From Chthoniobacteraceae bacterium (lineage in GTDB: Bacteria; Verrucomicrobiota; Verrucomicrobiia; Chthoniobacterales; Chthoniobacteraceae), in contig JANNWY010000049.1 in assembly GCA_031409335.1 (NCBI GenBank), positions 1 to 17,627 of the forward strand: 17,627 nt of DNA. Reading direction: 5' to 3'. Both the position numbers and the translations under genes were made by a program. The notes beneath the pieces are model-generated. The model was not told the DNA's origin, ran no database searches, and saw nothing but the letters and a program-made list of their open reading frames with translations. Position 1 is the first letter of the stretch. Each line of letters starts with the position of its first letter. Shown piece by piece: positions 1 through 8,850 of the stretch.

Positions 1-314
1 CGCGCCGGCTTCTCCTGCGTCGGCAACTCAAACCAGTCGCACAACGCGAGCGCCGCTTCGCGGAGGGAACACCCCTCCTTGCGCGCGACGAAATCCAGAA
101 CGTTTCCGCCACCCTTGCAGGTGCCGAAACAATTCCAGCAGTTCTTTTCCAGCGAGACGCGAAACTGCGTCCGGTTCTCTCCCCCATGAAGCGGGCATGG
201 CCCGCTGAGGCTGTTCCCCGTGCGCTTGAAGCTTTCGGCAAGGCCGTAGCGTTCGAGCACCTGGAGCATGGTGACGGCAGCCTTCACCGCCTTGAAGTCC
301 ACGAATCGGGACAT
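1..314 (-). CDS. CHC2 zinc-finger protein (DnaG-type primase N-terminal zinc-binding domain); 5' part only, runs off the left edge
   Basis: Hand translation from ATG at 314 (not in the ORF track): MSRFVDFKAVKAAVTMLQVLERYGLAESFKRTGNSLSGPCPLHGGENRTQFRVSLEKNCWNCFGTCKGGGNVLDFVARKEGCSLREAALALCDWFELP..., open to the edge. CPLH...WNCFGTC..GGNVLDFV..EG....EA is the zf-CHC2 pattern. Strong RBS upstream. Confidence 0.9.
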   Translation of the reverse strand, partial: MSRFVDFKAVKAAVTMLQVLERYGLAESFKRTGNSLSGPCPLHGGENRTQFRVSLEKNCWNCFGTCKGGGNVLDFVARKEGCSLREAALALCDWFELPTQEKPA

Positions 315-322
315 GGCGTTTT

Positions 323-328
323 CCTCCT
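323..328 (-). promoter_or_regulatory. Shine-Dalgarno AGGAGG for the CHC2 zinc-finger gene
   Basis: cctcct at 323-328 on + reads AGGAGG on -, 8 nt before the ATG at 314. Confidence 0.8.
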
Positions 329-607
329 GTGAAGGTTCGATGGGTGGCCGGACGAAATGCCCGGCTGATTCCCATGGGGAATTGTAACGCGGATTACGGT
401 CTTTGTTAAGAGTGCGGCTTGCTCTGCACCGATGTTCGATAAGGGGGCTGTCGTTGGACCGTAGAGCGAATTGAGAGGAAGATTTCGCTTTGCCAAACTG
501 AGCGTTGCAGCCACGGTGTTCAAGTTGCTGGAACTCGGCAAAGCACACGTGCGCTTCCTCCTCCCATTGGAGCCCGTCACGAGCCCAACACCGCTTTTTA
601 GAACCCC

Positions 608-2458
608 ATGTATCTGTCTGAAATAAAATTGTGGAACTTCAGGAAGTATGGCTCCGCGACTCCTTTTGATCGCAAGACACCAAATTTAGTCGTTCCGTTC
701 AAGGATGGAGTCAACGTCCTCATCGGAGAGAACGATGCTGGGAAATCAGCGATTGTTGATGCAATCAGATTGGTGCTGGGAGCTCACAGCCTCGATTGGA
801 TCAAAGTCACACCGGAGGACTTTTTCACAGGTGCGGATCGTCTCCGCATTGAATTACGCTTTGATGCGCTATCGACTTCGGAGGGAAAAAACTTTACCGA
901 GTGGCTGGACTGGGACGGCGTTGGCGCAGCATCAACGTCTTGGCTTCGCGTATTCTATGAAGTAGTGCAGAAAGATGGACGGCCTTTGCCTTCCGATGTA
1001 AAGGCCGGTGCGGACGCGGAAGGACATCAGCTCAACGCAGAAGCCAAGGATTATCTCAGGATCACCTATTTGAAGCCACTGCGGGATGCGAAAGCGGAGC
1101 TAGTTCCTCGTCGCAATTCTCGGTTATCGCAGATCTTTCAAGGGCATGAAGCATTCAAGGGAAAGGCGGATACTCACTACCTCGTCGGCTTATTCAGCGA
1201 CTTCAACAAGGCTGTGACAGCCTATTTCAAGGGCACCGACGCCGCTGGCGAGGTGTTGACAGTAGATCAAAAAGGCAAAGAGTTGAAGGACGCGATCGAA
1301 ACCTATTTGCGGACCTTCACCGAAGCAACTACATCTATCGACATCGGAGTTGTAGATAACAACGATTTGCGCACGATTCTCGAAACGCTCGGATTGAGCA
1401 TTCTTGGTTCGGCCAATCCAGGGTTAGGCACATTAAATCGCATGTTTATGGCATCGGAACTGGTGCATGTGAACAAAGTGAACTGGTCCGGTCTGCGGCT
1501 GGCGCTGATCGAAGAGTTGGAGGCTCATCTCCATCCTCAAGCCCAAATGAAAGTCGTTGAAGGTCTTCAGAAAACGCACCGCCAACAGATTATCTTAACT
1601 TCTCATAGCCCCAATTTGGCTTCAAAGGTTCCGCTGAACAGTCTAATCATGCTAAACGGCAGGCAAGCGTTCCCAATGGGCAAAGCCCCGGACGGTTCAT
1701 CATATACCAAACTTGAAGATCCAGATCACGAGTTCCTTGAGCGGTTTCTCGACGTTACAAAATCCAACCTATTTTTTGCGAAGGGTGTCTTGATGGTCGA
1801 AGGATGGGCGGAAGAGATCCTTCTGCCTGCTCTGGCGTCGAAATTAAAGAGGGAGGGTCTGATTCCATGCGACTTGACCGAAGCAGGAGTCGCCGTGATA
1901 AACGTGGGCGGAACATCACAACTGCGCTACGCAAAGATTTTCTGTCGCGCTTATGGAGCGGAAATTGATGTCCCTGTAGCCGTCGTAACGGATGTGGACG
2001 TGCCCGTTGGGGAGCTACTCCCACCACCGGTCGGCTCTACAGAAAGCGCTTCATCAAAGCCGACGAGAATCTACTCGCCGCTGGCCCCTGAGGCGGTCGC
2101 CTCGGACACAACAACAAAGCTCTGCCACATTCGCCACAAATTTGACTGCCAAAAGGTAAAGGCGTTCGTGGCACCGCAATGGACGCTCGAATATTGTCTT
2201 TTCAAGTCATCCAGTCTCTCGATCTATTTCCAAGCCGCAGTGACGGCAGCTCATCCAGATTTTGACACCACAGCGTTTGAAGAACAACTCGGAGCGAAGC
2301 TAATTCGCCGGAGCCTTCACAAGGTCGAAATCGCTCAACATCTCGCTCATGCCATATCCGAAGATGCGGCTTTGCCGAACCCGATCATCAAAATCAATCC
2401 AGCGGATTCGTCAATCGCGTATCTTGTGGACGCGATAAAGTATGCATGTCGTGCCTGA
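608..2458 (+). CDS. gajA: OLD-family ATP-dependent nuclease (ABC ATPase + TOPRIM), Gabija GajA-like
   Basis: N-terminal MYLSEIKLWNFRK; Walker A GENDAGKS; Walker B/D-loop LIEELEAHLHP; H-loop LTSHSP; TOPRIM LFFAKGVLMVEGWAEEILLP and DxD motif VVTDVD. Overlaps a downstream UvrD-like gene. Confidence 0.88.
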   Translation: MYLSEIKLWNFRKYGSATPFDRKTPNLVVPFKDGVNVLIGENDAGKSAIVDAIRLVLGAHSLDWIKVTPEDFFTGADRLRIELRFDALSTSEGKNFTEWLDWDGVGAASTSWLRVFYEVVQKDGRPLPSDVKAGADAEGHQLNAEAKDYLRITYLKPLRDAKAELVPRRNSRLSQIFQGHEAFKGKADTHYLVGLFSDFNKAVTAYFKGTDAAGEVLTVDQKGKELKDAIETYLRTFTEATTSIDIGVVDNNDLRTILETLGLSILGSANPGLGTLNRMFMASELVHVNKVNWSGLRLALIEELEAHLHPQAQMKVVEGLQKTHRQQIILTSHSPNLASKVPLNSLIMLNGRQAFPMGKAPDGSSYTKLEDPDHEFLERFLDVTKSNLFFAKGVLMVEGWAEEILLPALASKLKREGLIPCDLTEAGVAVINVGGTSQLRYAKIFCRAYGAEIDVPVAVVTDVDVPVGELLPPPVGSTESASSKPTRIYSPLAPEAVASDTTTKLCHIRHKFDCQKVKAFVAPQWTLEYCLFKSSSLSIYFQAAVTAAHPDFDTTAFEEQLGAKLIRRSLHKVEIAQHLAHAISEDAALPNPIIKINPADSSIAYLVDAIKYACRA

Positions 2459-4499
2459 AATCACTGATACGGACATTGCGCTAGCGGAGAAGATTCTGCT
2501 TCCGCCGGGATTCGTATTCGATGATGAGCGCCGCGCTTTCATTCGTCGGCTGGATACTCTGGATTTGCACGCCGTGCCTGGCAGCGGCAAGACAACGGCA
2601 CTTCTTGCTAAGCTCCTAATACTTGAACGCTCCCTTCCGCTGGACGATGGGGCAGGCATTCTCGTTCTGTCCCACACAAACGCCGCAATCGACGAGGTTC
2701 GCCGAAAGCTCGGCCCCTACTGTAGCCAACTCTTCAACTACCCGAACTTCATAGGGACAATCCAAGGCTTTGTTGACCGCTTTCTCGCACTGCCCTTCTA
2801 CGCGGGGGCTTACAAACGCCAACCGTTGAGGATCGACAATGATCTTTATGGCGAAGTCACGCGTGCGTTTCCACAGGTATTTCTGAAAGATTTTGACTCT
2901 GCCGATCAGAACCGCGCGAAGTATTTCCTTCGGGGTAACGTAGAGTGCTGTGCGACATTTCGTTTTCGACTTGAGGAGGGGAAGACAAGGCTGACAAAAG
3001 GCATCAATGGACCCGAGCTAAAGATCAAGAAACCAACGCCGAAGACAGATTGGACGGAGTCAGAGAAGCAGAGAGTAGAGAAATGGCTGTTTGAATTCAA
3101 AAAGAGCATTTTAAGGCGAGGTATTCTCTGCTTTGACGATGCCTACTACTTGGCCTCTCTTTATCTCGCAAAGCGGCCTAGTGTTTCTGTGATTCTGCGC
3201 GAGCGCTTTCGGTATGTGTTCGTCGATGAGATGCAGGATATGGCCCCTCACCAACACGACCTTCTTGAACAGTTGTTCTCTCCGCACTCGTCAGAGAATT
3301 GTGGGTATCAGCGGATTGGAGACAGAAACCAAGCGATCCATGATACTTCGAGTAACGACCTCGACTGCTGTTGGATTACACGAAACACGGCTCTAGCGTT
3401 CTCCAATAGCTGCCGACTGCCTGCGCAAATTGCCAAAGCTGTCGAACCGTTTGCGCTTCACAGGACATCGGCTTTCCAAATTAACGGTCTTGGAAAATCC
3501 AGCATTTCCCCGAAACTTTTGGTGTTTGATGACCATTCTGTATCTCGGGTTATTCCAGAATTCTCAGCCTGTATTCAAAGGGAGATCAATAGCAATCAAT
3601 TGCCGCCTCTAAGTGAGTGCGTGTTCAAGGTCGTTGGTTGGAATACTGATTGGAATGCCGCCTTTGGAGAGACAGGAGTCGGGAAAAGGCGGGTGATTGA
3701 CTATTGGCCACAGTTCCAAAAGCGTGATTCTGCAACTCGAAGCGAATACTCAAGTTTATTGAGTTGCCTTCAAGCCGTCAGCGACGGTGCGACATCGCTA
3801 CGCCCTGCAATGGACGGAGTAATGAACGCTATCCTGAAGTCGCTACGGTTGGAGGGTGTGGTCAATCCAAACACGGACGCTACCTTTACTCGGCCAACAT
3901 TGTGGCACTATCTCAGGGAGAGCGAAGCGGAGGAGTATGACCGTTGGCGGAGTTCTGTGTATATGTGGACTGTTGCATTAAGGAAGGGACTTCGCGACCA
4001 AGTCCACGCTGGGATAAGAGCCGCCGTTCCTGGAATGCTCGCCATCTTTGAGAAGACGCTCAATCTTTCGACTGCTTTCGTAAACGGTGCGGATGTCACT
4101 CCCATTGCGGAGCCGCCGCAGGGCGCCGCGGCGAGTAATATGGTCAATCACCATGGATTCGACATTGAAGTAGCAAGCGTTCACAAGGTTAAAGGCCAAA
4201 CGCACACCGCGACCCTTTACCTCGAAACTGCGTTTTACACGGACGGAAAGGGTGCATCGGCAAAGTCCTATGAATCGCAGCGATTGGCCGCCCAGTTTCT
4301 CGGGACTCCGATGAACGGGAATGAGAGACGAGTGAGGGTTAAACAGTCCGCTAAGATGGTTTATGTCGGACTATCAAGACCGACCCATCTTTTGTGCGTA
4401 GCCGTCCATGAATCTCACTTTAATCAGTATTTAAGCACGATTGAGGAATCTGGTTGGGAACTTATTCGTATTCAAAGCGAAGGCAATACCGCCGGCTAA
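2442..4499 (+). CDS. gajB: UvrD/Rep-like SF1 helicase, Gabija GajB-like
   Basis: Motif I AVPGSGKTT, Ia LSHTNAA, Ib GTIQGF, II VFVDEMQD, III GDRNQAI, V SVHKVKG, VI YVGLSRP. Start overlaps the OLD gene stop; GTG at 2451 is an alternative start. Confidence 0.85.
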   Translation: MHVVPEITDTDIALAEKILLPPGFVFDDERRAFIRRLDTLDLHAVPGSGKTTALLAKLLILERSLPLDDGAGILVLSHTNAAIDEVRRKLGPYCSQLFNYPNFIGTIQGFVDRFLALPFYAGAYKRQPLRIDNDLYGEVTRAFPQVFLKDFDSADQNRAKYFLRGNVECCATFRFRLEEGKTRLTKGINGPELKIKKPTPKTDWTESEKQRVEKWLFEFKKSILRRGILCFDDAYYLASLYLAKRPSVSVILRERFRYVFVDEMQDMAPHQHDLLEQLFSPHSSENCGYQRIGDRNQAIHDTSSNDLDCCWITRNTALAFSNSCRLPAQIAKAVEPFALHRTSAFQINGLGKSSISPKLLVFDDHSVSRVIPEFSACIQREINSNQLPPLSECVFKVVGWNTDWNAAFGETGVGKRRVIDYWPQFQKRDSATRSEYSSLLSCLQAVSDGATSLRPAMDGVMNAILKSLRLEGVVNPNTDATFTRPTLWHYLRESEAEEYDRWRSSVYMWTVALRKGLRDQVHAGIRAAVPGMLAIFEKTLNLSTAFVNGADVTPIAEPPQGAAASNMVNHHGFDIEVASVHKVKGQTHTATLYLETAFYTDGKGASAKSYESQRLAAQFLGTPMNGNERRVRVKQSAKMVYVGLSRPTHLLCVAVHESHFNQYLSTIEESGWELIRIQSEGNTAG

Positions 4500-4556
4500 T
4501 ATCCAAAGCCAGCAGACCGAGAACGGTGCAAACCACATTCGATCCGACACGGACGG

Positions 4557-5474
4557 TTAGGCCAAGAGACTCACGAGGTGACTGGTGGTGCTGCGCCAAA
4601 GCGGGGCAAGACAGGTCGCAGGTGAGAAGCCCGACGTGATGTGAGTTTGCAAAAAGATGCCGTGACCGCCGGAGACGGCGGAGGCTGCGGTGCGGATGCT
4701 TTCGCATCTGCTTTCAATCGACGTGACGGTGAGGACGCGGACGCGCGATATGCCGAATCGGGAACGGTGGATGCCGACTTTCCAAGTCAGGGAGTAGGCG
4801 TAGAGTTTTCGCGCGATGGAAGTCGCGTCGTGCTTCGCTCGCTCCACCGGCATCGTCCCGCGGTCGGCTTCCAGGAAGCAGAGGATGCGCTCGCCTTTGT
4901 CGCCAGACTCCAGCGCGAAGACGCGATCAGGAATGACGCCGAGCTTTTCATTTCCCGAACCCGTCACCGTCCATTGAAAGGGCGCACGCTCATTGCGCGT
5001 CGTGGTGGGGAGTGGGATTTCGTGTTCGATGAGCAGGCGCACGTCTTCGCGCTGCCGACACGCGATTTCCAGCGCCACCATGATGTCGGAAACCATCAGC
5101 GCGTGCTCAAGGAAGAGGCGTTTGACGGAGCGGTTGCGTGAAGTCCAGTCCATGCGAGAAAATGGAATGTCGTCCATTCGGCGAAGGTGCGCGGCTCCAC
5201 GGCTGGCGAGACCGTAGGCGATGCTCCGTGAGCCGCCTTGCTGGTAGTAGTCGATCTGACAGGCCGGGCGCTCCAGGTAGCTGTGTTGGTAGAGCCGTTG
5301 CAGACGGCGGAGCACCTGCTGACGGCTGCCGCCCACGAGGTCGGCGATTTGGTGAGAGCGCAAGAAGCGGTGCCGATTCACCATGCGAAGAATTTCCGTG
5401 TCGCGCGCGGTCATTTCCATCGAAACAAATTTGTCCACGCGCCGAAAGCGCGGATGGCGGGGGAACGTCATCAC
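4557..5474 (-). CDS. Replication-relaxation (Replic_Relax) family protein
   Basis: N-terminal wHTH-like TARDTEILRMVNRHRFLRSHQIADL...RRLQRLY; LEHALMVSD; PD-(D/E)XK-like IPDRVFAL...FLEADRGTMP; RKLYAY; RVLTVT. Start is GTG 5474 or ATG 5471. Confidence 0.85.
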   Translation of the reverse strand: MMTFPRHPRFRRVDKFVSMEMTARDTEILRMVNRHRFLRSHQIADLVGGSRQQVLRRLQRLYQHSYLERPACQIDYYQQGGSRSIAYGLASRGAAHLRRMDDIPFSRMDWTSRNRSVKRLFLEHALMVSDIMVALEIACRQREDVRLLIEHEIPLPTTTRNERAPFQWTVTGSGNEKLGVIPDRVFALESGDKGERILCFLEADRGTMPVERAKHDATSIARKLYAYSLTWKVGIHRSRFGISRVRVLTVTSIESRCESIRTAASAVSGGHGIFLQTHITSGFSPATCLAPLWRSTTSHLVSLLA

Positions 5475-5488
5475 CGCATTTTACCATG
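5335..5488. repeat. 154-bp direct repeat, copy 1 (5' end of the intact relaxase gene plus ~17 bp upstream of the ATG)
   Basis: Ungapped hand alignment to 15270-15423 gives 16 mismatches in 154 bp (~90% identity). Confidence 0.95.
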
Positions 5489-5702
5489 GAAAACGGGCGG
5501 CGGAGTTGTTGCCGAGTCGATTGGGAGCGTGTGGGCATTCGAGCGCGATGCCGCCGGCACCGCGCTTCAACGGGAGTGACGAGCCCGTCGCGCTCGAAGT
5601 CGGAGAGCGCACCGTTCGTGAACGCCACGTCGAAGGATTTCGGAGCAGCGTCGCCAGTGAGCGTGCTCAGTGGAAAGCGGGCGCAGGCAAATACTGGGCA
5701 GC

Positions 5703-8700
5703 TTAGCCCTTCGGCTTCAGCTTTTGATACTCCGCTGCGAGTTGGTCGTGTTTCTGTTTCAAAGGCGCGACGTCGGCGGTGGCTTTGTCGGCGAGGGTCC
5801 GGGCTTCGGTGGCGGTGGCGGTGGCTTTGGCGATGGCGGCTTCCAGGGCCGGGATCGTTTTTGGGAGGTCGTCCTTGGATGTGACTGCCTTTGTCAGGGT
5901 GTCGATGGTCGCGGCGAGGGCGGTCTCGGAGTCTTTGATGATGGCGGGCTGTTTGTCGAGTGTCTGCTGGGCGGTTGCGACGGCGGCGTTTGCGGCGTCG
6001 GTGGCGGCTTTGGCTACGGCTTCGGCGTCGGTGTTTCGTTTGACGAGCGATTCGAGTGAAGCGACGGCTTTGCGCGATGATTCGAGCGCGGCCGCGGAAT
6101 CGGTGGCGGCTTGCTGGGCGTTGGTGGACGCCTCTACGAGCGGCGGGATGGTGGCGTTGGCGTCGGCGAGGGCTTTGGCTTTCGCGGCGTTGTCGGCGGT
6201 GGCTTTGCTGGAGGCGTCGGCGCTGACGGTGTTCTCCTGGGCTGCTTTCAGGATGCCTTGGGATTTGACGATTTCAGCGGTAGCGGCGGTGTGGGCTGCG
6301 AGCTTTGCAGCGGCATCGGCCTGCTTCGCGGCGAAATCGGCTTTGAGGGTTGGGATGGCGGCATTGGCGGCGTCGAGGGCGAGTTTGGCTTTGGCTGTTG
6401 CCTCGGCGCTTGCGGCGATGGTGGCGGGAGAATCGGCGATGGCTTTTTGCGTGGCGGCGAGGTCGGCGATGGCTATGTCGGCGACGGCTTTCAGTCCGTC
6501 GGCGTTGGCGAGCGCGGCTTGGGCGGCGGTATCCTTTTTCTCCAGTTCGTCGGCGGCGGCGAAGACTTGAAGGTTGAACTGCGCGGCTTTCCAGCGAGCC
6601 ACGTTTTTTTCGATTGCGGCGCTTTGGGCGATGGAACCATCCAGGGTTGCTTTCGCTTGCGCGAGCGCGTCGGTGGTGGCTTTCGCCTTGGCCTCGGCGG
6701 TTGAAACGGTTTTGATTGCCGCGTCGGCAGTTGCGGCGGCGGCGGTGTAGGCGTCGGTGGTTGCTTTGATTCCGGCTTGGGCGGCGGTCAGCGCGACGGT
6801 GGTGTCGGCGAGGGCTTTTTGTGCGGCGGCGTGGGTCGTCTGCGCCGTTGTCGATCCCGTTTGCGCGGCCGCGGTGGCGGCTTCGTCGGCCTTCATTTTC
6901 GCTTCGGCGTCGGTCGCGGTTTTCTGGCTGGCGACCGCGGCGGCGGCGGATTGGTCGGCGATGGTTTTGGCTTGGGCGGCGGCTTCGGCGAGGGCGGGGT
7001 TGCCGGGTTCGGCATCGGCGGCGGCTTTGGCTTTGGCGAAGGAATCGGCGGAGGCGACCTGCGTGGCTTGGGCGGCGGCAAGGGCTGTTTGCGCTGCTTT
7101 TGCGGCGGCTTGGGATTGGGTGAGCGTTTGCTGTGCGGCGGTGAGGGCGGTGGTGGCTGTGTCGAACGCGGCTTTCTTCGGGGGCTCGTCTTTTTGCGCG
7201 GCGTCGCGGGCGGCTTGGGCGTTGGCCTGCACTTGTTTCGCGGTGGTGAGCGAGGTCTCGGCAACCTTTGCGGCAGCGGTGGTGTCGGCGGCGGTTTTTT
7301 TGGCGGCTTCGAGTGCGGCGGTGGCCTTGGTCATCGCGTCCTGCGCCGCGGTGTGCGCGGCGACCAGGGCGGCATGGGCGGTGGTGAGGGCGGCGAGTTG
7401 TTTGGTGTCGGCGTCGAGGCGGGCGGTGAGGGTGGGGGGGTTGGCGTCGAGTTTGCCGATGAGCTTTCCGTCGGCGGCGTTCCACACGCGGACTTCGCCG
7501 GTGAAATCGCCGGAAATGACTTTCGTCATGTCGTGCGAAATGGCGGCGGTCATCGCGATGTCGGCATGCGCGTCGAAGGCACGCTGCACGGCACCGGCGG
7601 CGTCCCACAGCTTCGTCGTCTTGTCGCGTCCGGTGGAAACGAGCCGTCCGTCGTGGGCGAAACGCACTGACGCGGAGCCGCCGCCGTGAGCGGCCCAGTT
7701 CTTCACGCGGCTGCTGTTTTCCAATTCCCACAGCATGATTTGCCCGTCTTCGCCCGTCGTCGCGACGAGCCCGGAGTCATCGCGCCACGCGATGTCGGTG
7801 ATGCACGCGGTGTGGGCCTTCAACTCGCTGTATTGCTTCGCCGTCGCCGCCTCCCACACATGCACGCCGCCCGCGCGGTCGCCGGTGCAGAGCAGCACGC
7901 CGTCAGCACTGAACGCCAGGGCCGTCACCCAGTCGGTGTGTTTCTTGATGGTCTGCAAAAGCTCGCCCGTGGATGTGGAGTAAATGCGGACGAGCTTCGA
8001 TGGACCGCCGAGCGCGATCTGCGATTGGTCGGGCGAGATGTCCGCGGCGAGCACGCTCTCGAATTCATTGCCGACTTCCGCGATGCGCTTGCCGGTGGTG
8101 ACGCTGAAGACCACGACCTTGCCGAGCTTCGCGCCGATGCCGCCGCCGGCCATGAGCAACTGCCCGTTCTGGCTGAATTTCAGCACGTAGGGGTAACCCT
8201 CGGGAAATGGCAGCACGCCTTCGATGGCGAGCGTGTCGGCGTGGTAAAGAATCACCTGCCTCTGCCCGGCGACCGCAACCAGCGGCGCCCACGGACTCGA
8301 GGCGATTGCGGGAATCGCGCCAGCACGCGGAGCAACCACGGGCGGTTCGAGCAAGAGGTCGCCGTTCGGCATCGGCGGCGGGCCGTCGGGCTTTCCACTG
8401 GCGACGGTCTTGAGCGACAAATCCATCTTCGGCTTCTTGCTCGCGATGGCCTTGGCGCCGCTGTTTTCCAAAAGACCGCCATCAATCCATTTCTTAATCG
8501 TCGCCAGCTCGACGTCGGGGAGCTTCGGTGCCTTCGGCGGCATCTTCAGATCCTCGAGATGATTGATGGCTTTCCACAGCAGGCTGCCATCCGGGTCAGC
8601 CGACAGCACAACCTTTCCGCTTCCGCCACCAGCCATGAGGGTATTGAACGACGACGCGTCGAGGTCGCCCTTCTTTTTGTCCGGGTTGTGACAGTTGAGG

Positions 8701-8840
8701 CAACTGTTCTTGAGGATGGGGAGAACGTGGTCGTCGAATGTGACCTTCGCGTCATCCGCGGCGAACGCGGACACTGCAGTGCCGCAAATGAGCGCGGCCA
8801 GGGTGGAGCGAGTGGTTTTGAAGCCAGACGTTTTCTTCAT
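5703..8840 (-). CDS. Exported planctomycete-type cytochrome c domain + WD40 repeat protein with a long Ala/Thr/Lys-rich helical tail
   Basis: Likely start ATG 8840 (MKKTSGFK...AVSAFA, Sec-like signal), 10 bp after the upstream stop, rather than 8996. VTFDDHVLPILKNSCLNCH haem motif and MPPK...IKKWIDGG; WD repeats such as KHTDWVTALAFSADG...VHVWE and AHTACITDIAW...IMLWE; ~570-aa low-complexity tail. Confidence 0.88.
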   Translation of the reverse strand: MKKTSGFKTTRSTLAALICGTAVSAFAADDAKVTFDDHVLPILKNSCLNCHNPDKKKGDLDASSFNTLMAGGGSGKVVLSADPDGSLLWKAINHLEDLKMPPKAPKLPDVELATIKKWIDGGLLENSGAKAIASKKPKMDLSLKTVASGKPDGPPPMPNGDLLLEPPVVAPRAGAIPAIASSPWAPLVAVAGQRQVILYHADTLAIEGVLPFPEGYPYVLKFSQNGQLLMAGGGIGAKLGKVVVFSVTTGKRIAEVGNEFESVLAADISPDQSQIALGGPSKLVRIYSTSTGELLQTIKKHTDWVTALAFSADGVLLCTGDRAGGVHVWEAATAKQYSELKAHTACITDIAWRDDSGLVATTGEDGQIMLWELENSSRVKNWAAHGGGSASVRFAHDGRLVSTGRDKTTKLWDAAGAVQRAFDAHADIAMTAAISHDMTKVISGDFTGEVRVWNAADGKLIGKLDANPPTLTARLDADTKQLAALTTAHAALVAAHTAAQDAMTKATAALEAAKKTAADTTAAAKVAETSLTTAKQVQANAQAARDAAQKDEPPKKAAFDTATTALTAAQQTLTQSQAAAKAAQTALAAAQATQVASADSFAKAKAAADAEPGNPALAEAAAQAKTIADQSAAAAVASQKTATDAEAKMKADEAATAAAQTGSTTAQTTHAAAQKALADTTVALTAAQAGIKATTDAYTAAAATADAAIKTVSTAEAKAKATTDALAQAKATLDGSIAQSAAIEKNVARWKAAQFNLQVFAAADELEKKDTAAQAALANADGLKAVADIAIADLAATQKAIADSPATIAASAEATAKAKLALDAANAAIPTLKADFAAKQADAAAKLAAHTAATAEIVKSQGILKAAQENTVSADASSKATADNAAKAKALADANATIPPLVEASTNAQQAATDSAAALESSRKAVASLESLVKRNTDAEAVAKAATDAANAAVATAQQTLDKQPAIIKDSETALAATIDTLTKAVTSKDDLPKTIPALEAAIAKATATATEARTLADKATADVAPLKQKHDQLAAEYQKLKPKG

Positions 8841-8850
8841 GCGAAACTGC

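Noticed and set aside
28..375. 115-aa minus-strand ORF from the track
   Set aside because: Wrong frame; the overlapping frame starting at 314 has an RBS and a clear zf-CHC2 motif.
541..556. Imperfect palindrome AAGCACACGTGCGCTT upstream of gajA
   Set aside because: Single short imperfect instance; could be chance.
7434..7440. G7 tract at the WD40/tail boundary as a phase-variation switch
   Set aside because: Short, in frame, and explained by Asn-Pro-Pro codons.
5670..7731. Several long overlapping ORFs (Gly-, Ala- or Arg-rich) over the WD40 tail
   Set aside because: Shadow frames of GCC/GCG-rich, stop-poor sequence; no motifs.
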